A stretch of 63,908 bases of DNA, filler included, from Octopus bimaculoides (taxonomy: Eukaryota), in the NCBI RefSeq assembly GCF_001194135.2. It is 8 parts of 8 records of this genome, joined end to end, with 100 filler letters (N's around TTAATTAATTAA, not from the genome) between each part and the next. Parts side by side here need not be neighbours in the genome. Positions count along the whole stretch, not along the records: positions 60,675 to 62,724 come from NW_026326420.1; positions 62,825 to 63,908 come from NC_069005.1; 6 more parts are not named here. One strand, 5' to 3'. Below are positions 60,675 through 63,908 of the stretch, in pieces. Made by a program: the position numbers and the translations under genes. Under the pieces are notes generated by a model. That model saw only the letters and a list, made by a program, of their open reading frames with translations, searched no databases and was not told the origin of the DNA. Every line of letters starts with the position of its first letter. The stretch's first letter is position 1.

Positions 60675-61235
60675 CAGTTCTGATCAATCATTGCTCCAAA
60701 TTGCTCGCTAGAATTTCACAGAATATCTGCCGTGTTTCATCGTTGGCTGCAATCTTTTCGCATCAAAATTCATGATCACAGAATCTCCTGACCCACACTC
60801 GACCGCTGTCAAGAAATACAGCAAATCTGGGCTCCTCAATGAATATGACAGTGTCCCAAAATGCTCGTGGCCTCTCCACCATCTCACTGGCCCAAACTTT
60901 TCTCCGCTTGATGGTGTCTGGTCGAAGAGGTGGCTTCCTTCTTCCTGCTCTGCTATAGTTGTTCTGGGACTGATACCAACTTGTTCTGCCATGCCAGAGG
61001 CCTCGCAATGAGGATTGTCCTCCACACGTCTCTTATCAAAGAGAAAGGTCCTGTCAGGGAGCCCTGGTTGATCTGAGCGAGATGATGTGGACTCCGTCCC
61101 TTCTCTGGTGAGTTGCACAATCACAATCACTCTATAAACTGTAGAAAGCGGGATCCCAAGGTTTTTCTGCGATTTTACTCTAAGTCCACTTTCAGAATGA
61201 CCCACAATACGGCCTCTTTGATATTCAGACAGTTC
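60675..61235 (-). mobile_element. Tc1-family transposase, N-terminal half, frameshifted
   Basis: LGIPLSTVYRVI and VGISPRT (HTH regions), AGRRKPPLRPDTIKRRKVWA...FWDTVIFIEEPRF...GRVWVRR, and LQPTMKHG (Tc1 TVKHGGG motif). Confidence 0.8.
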
Positions 61236-62724
61236 TAAGGATTGTTGTTGTTGTTACTACTGCTGCTGTTGTTGTTGCTGTTTTTGTTTAGTTCTAGTTG
61301 AGTCCTTATTAAACCAGACGGGTGATCAAAATATGTTCCAGACATGACCATCCCGCCAGTTATTCAGATATTGAGCATCTAAGGCCGCATACATTTCNNN
61401 NNNNNNNNNNNNNNNNNNNNNNNNNNNNNNNNNNNNNNNNNNNNNNNNNNNNNNNNNNNNNNNNNNNNNNNNNNNNNNNNNNNNNNNNNNNNNNNNNNNN
61501 NNNNNNNNNNNNNNNNNNNNNNNNNNNNNNNNNNNNNNNNNNNNNNNNNNNNNNNNNNNNNNNNNNNNNNNNNNNNNNNNNNNNNNNNNNNNNNNNNNNN
61601 NNNNNNNNNNNNNNNNNNNNNNNNNNNNNNNNNNNNNNNNNNNNNNNNNNNNNNNNNNNNNNNNNNNNNNNNNNNNNNNNNNNNNNNNNNNNNNNNNNNN
61701 NNNNNNNNNNNNNNNNNNNNNNNNNNNNNNNNNNNNNNNNNNNNNNNNNNNNNNNNNNNNNNNNNNNNNNNNNNNNNNNNNNNNNNNNNNNNNNNNNNNN
61801 NNNNNNNNNNNNNNNNNNNNNNNNNNNNNNNNNNNNNNNNNNNNNNNNNNNNNNNNNNNNNNNNNNNNNNNNNNNNNNNNNNNNNNNNNNNNNNNNNNNN
61901 NNNNNNNNNNNNNNNNNNNNNNNNNNNNNNNNNNNNNNNNNNNNNNNNNNNNNNNNNNNNNNNNNNNNNNNNNNNNNNNNNNNNNNNNNNNNNNNNNNNN
62001 NNNNNNNNNNNNNNNNNNNNNNNNNNNNNNNNNNNNNNNNNNNNNNNNNNNNNNNNNNNNNNNNNNNNNNNNNNNNNNNNNNNNNNNNNNNNNNNNNNNN
62101 NNNNNNNNNNNNNNNNNNNNNNNNNNNNNNNNNNNNNNNNNNNNNNNNNNNNNNNNNNNNNNNNNNNNNNNNNNNNNNNNNNNNNNNNNNNNNNNNNNNN
62201 NNNNNNNNNNNNNNNNNNNNNNNNNNNNNNNNNNNNNNNNNNNNNNNNNNNNNNNNNNNNNNNNNNNNNNNNNNNNNNCATGATCAACCGACTCCCTATT
62301 TGATTTCTTTCTCTGTTCTTTTCTTTCTCGATACAGTATGATTTCACAGACCTCCAGCTGCTATTTCTAGCATTTTCTATCGGTTCTTTATTATGTGGCA
62401 CTGATTGAAGCTGTTGATTTTTCCACCTTTTACTAAAAACATTTGTTTTTGGTATCGCCGTAGATGGCGCTGCTACTGCTGCTGCTGCTGCTGTCGTTGT
62501 TGTTGTTGTTGTTATCGGCGTCGCCGAATTTATTTATTTATTTATTCATTTAATTCTTCATTTGCGTTTAATACGTTTAATATATATTTCGATATCGATT
62601 TATCGATACGTTTCAGTGAAGAAAAAGACACACACACACTCACTCACACATACAAACACACACACACGCCGCGCACGCCCTTACACACACACACACACAC
62701 ATCGATACCACGGTCAAAATCACC

Positions 62725-62824
62725 NNNNNNNNNNNNNNNNNNNNNNNNNNNNNNNNNNNNNNNNNNNNTTAATTAATTAANNNNNNNNNNNNNNNNNNNN
62801 NNNNNNNNNNNNNNNNNNNNNNNN
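62725..62824. other. Artificial scaffold joiner
   Basis: 44N-TTAATTAATTAA-44N. Confidence 0.95.
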
Positions 62825-63908
62825 ATATATATATATATATATATATACATACATAAATATATACATATATATTTATGTATACATACACACATAATCAGCA
62901 TAATGCTTGTACACCGTCTTTTCTTTTTTACGATACATTATTTATTTAATCTTGTGTAGTGTTTTGTTGTTGCTAAGCAAGAATAGAGGGAGCCGCTTAA
63001 GTGGGTAATAACAGAGGGTTTAAAGAAATAGTTGATGGAAATTACGACGAAATATATTGACAGTCTTTAGCATTTGCTTCGTTGATAGCAATGGATTAAC
63101 AATGGAACGAGATTAAAAAATACAGCACAGGATAAAAAAAAATATCACCAGTTATAGCAAATAGGTCCATTAGATAAATATTTACATACGTCAGTGTTTA
63201 TACTGAAACATTCAATCTGTAAATGATGCGAATATTAAAGAAAAAAGAACTTTTAAGCAATGACTTTGAGAATTTAGGTCAAATATGTAAAGGGATGCCG
63301 ATAATTGAAGAAAACGATAAGTTTTGTGTCACTCTATATATATATATATATTTTTTTTTAATGCTTCTATTATATTTCGGGAAAGATACCCCTCATTAAA
63401 TATTGTTATTATTATTATTATTATTATCAGTAGGCTATTCTGGTGTGTTGCGTGGGAAGCAAAGATGAATTACTGTATTTATAGTTGTGTCTGGTAAATT
63501 GATAGCAACGAAGGCAGCAATTGATGTCGTATGTTATGAGTTCGGGAGTGAGAAAGTCTTTTACGTTTCGAGCCTACGCTCTTCAACAGAACAGAACACA
63601 GAAATAAGCAGAAGAAGAAACGACAATAGGAAAAAGCAGAAAGTACAAAAAAAGTTCGGAAAAGTTCAAAAGGTTCAAACATCGTGGTGTATTGGAGCGA
63701 TTTCTCATCAACGGAAGAGTCCAGTGTAATCCATGTGTATATAGAAGAGGTGCAGAAAAACCAGCTGGAATGAATATATGTATATATATATAGAGAGAGA
63801 GAGAGCAATTGAAAGACGGAAGATGGAATATACGAGAATTTATTATTAATCACAACAATTGTTTCAACACATCTGCAGGTATGGTGATGCAAACAGGAAA
63901 ATAGGACT

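Noticed and set aside
62457-62471. GCCGTAGATGGCGC as a CTCF-like site
   Set aside because: Only the 3' half matches the consensus, and it is a single site next to a trinucleotide repeat.
63555-63595. Minus-strand TTGAAGA-GCGTAGGCTC-GAAACGTA as a hammerhead
   Set aside because: Helix I is poorly paired and helix II forms only by using G8/A9. Possibly a Penelope-end relic, but not supportable as a ribozyme.

Overview
Eukaryotic, AT-rich, microsatellite- and transposon-saturated draft-genome sequence. The SINE types and repeat landscape suggest an octopus or other coleoid cephalopod; this is inference, not a database result. The window is a mosaic of 8 sequence pieces joined by artificial 100-nt spacers (44 N + TTAATTAATTAA + 44 N), with many additional N gaps. 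Most computed ORFs are microsatellite or N-run artefacts. The only host protein-coding sequence I can identify is two consecutive exons of glyoxalase II (HAGH-like, 53365-53470 and 54497-54600, +). The rest is relics of R4/Dong-like, Tx1-like, RTE and Penelope-like retroelements, Tc1/mariner, hAT, Chapaev3-like and Helitron DNA transposons, and two tRNA-derived SINE families. Two patterns stand out. (1) There are several different minimal type I hammerhead ribozyme motifs. The best is an apparently intact U3:A8-core ribozyme inside a structured 359-nt terminally repeated, retrozyme-like unit just upstream of the HAGH exons. (2) Three LINE lineages appear to sit in three different microsatellites: (TACA)n, (CTAT)n and (TAA)n.
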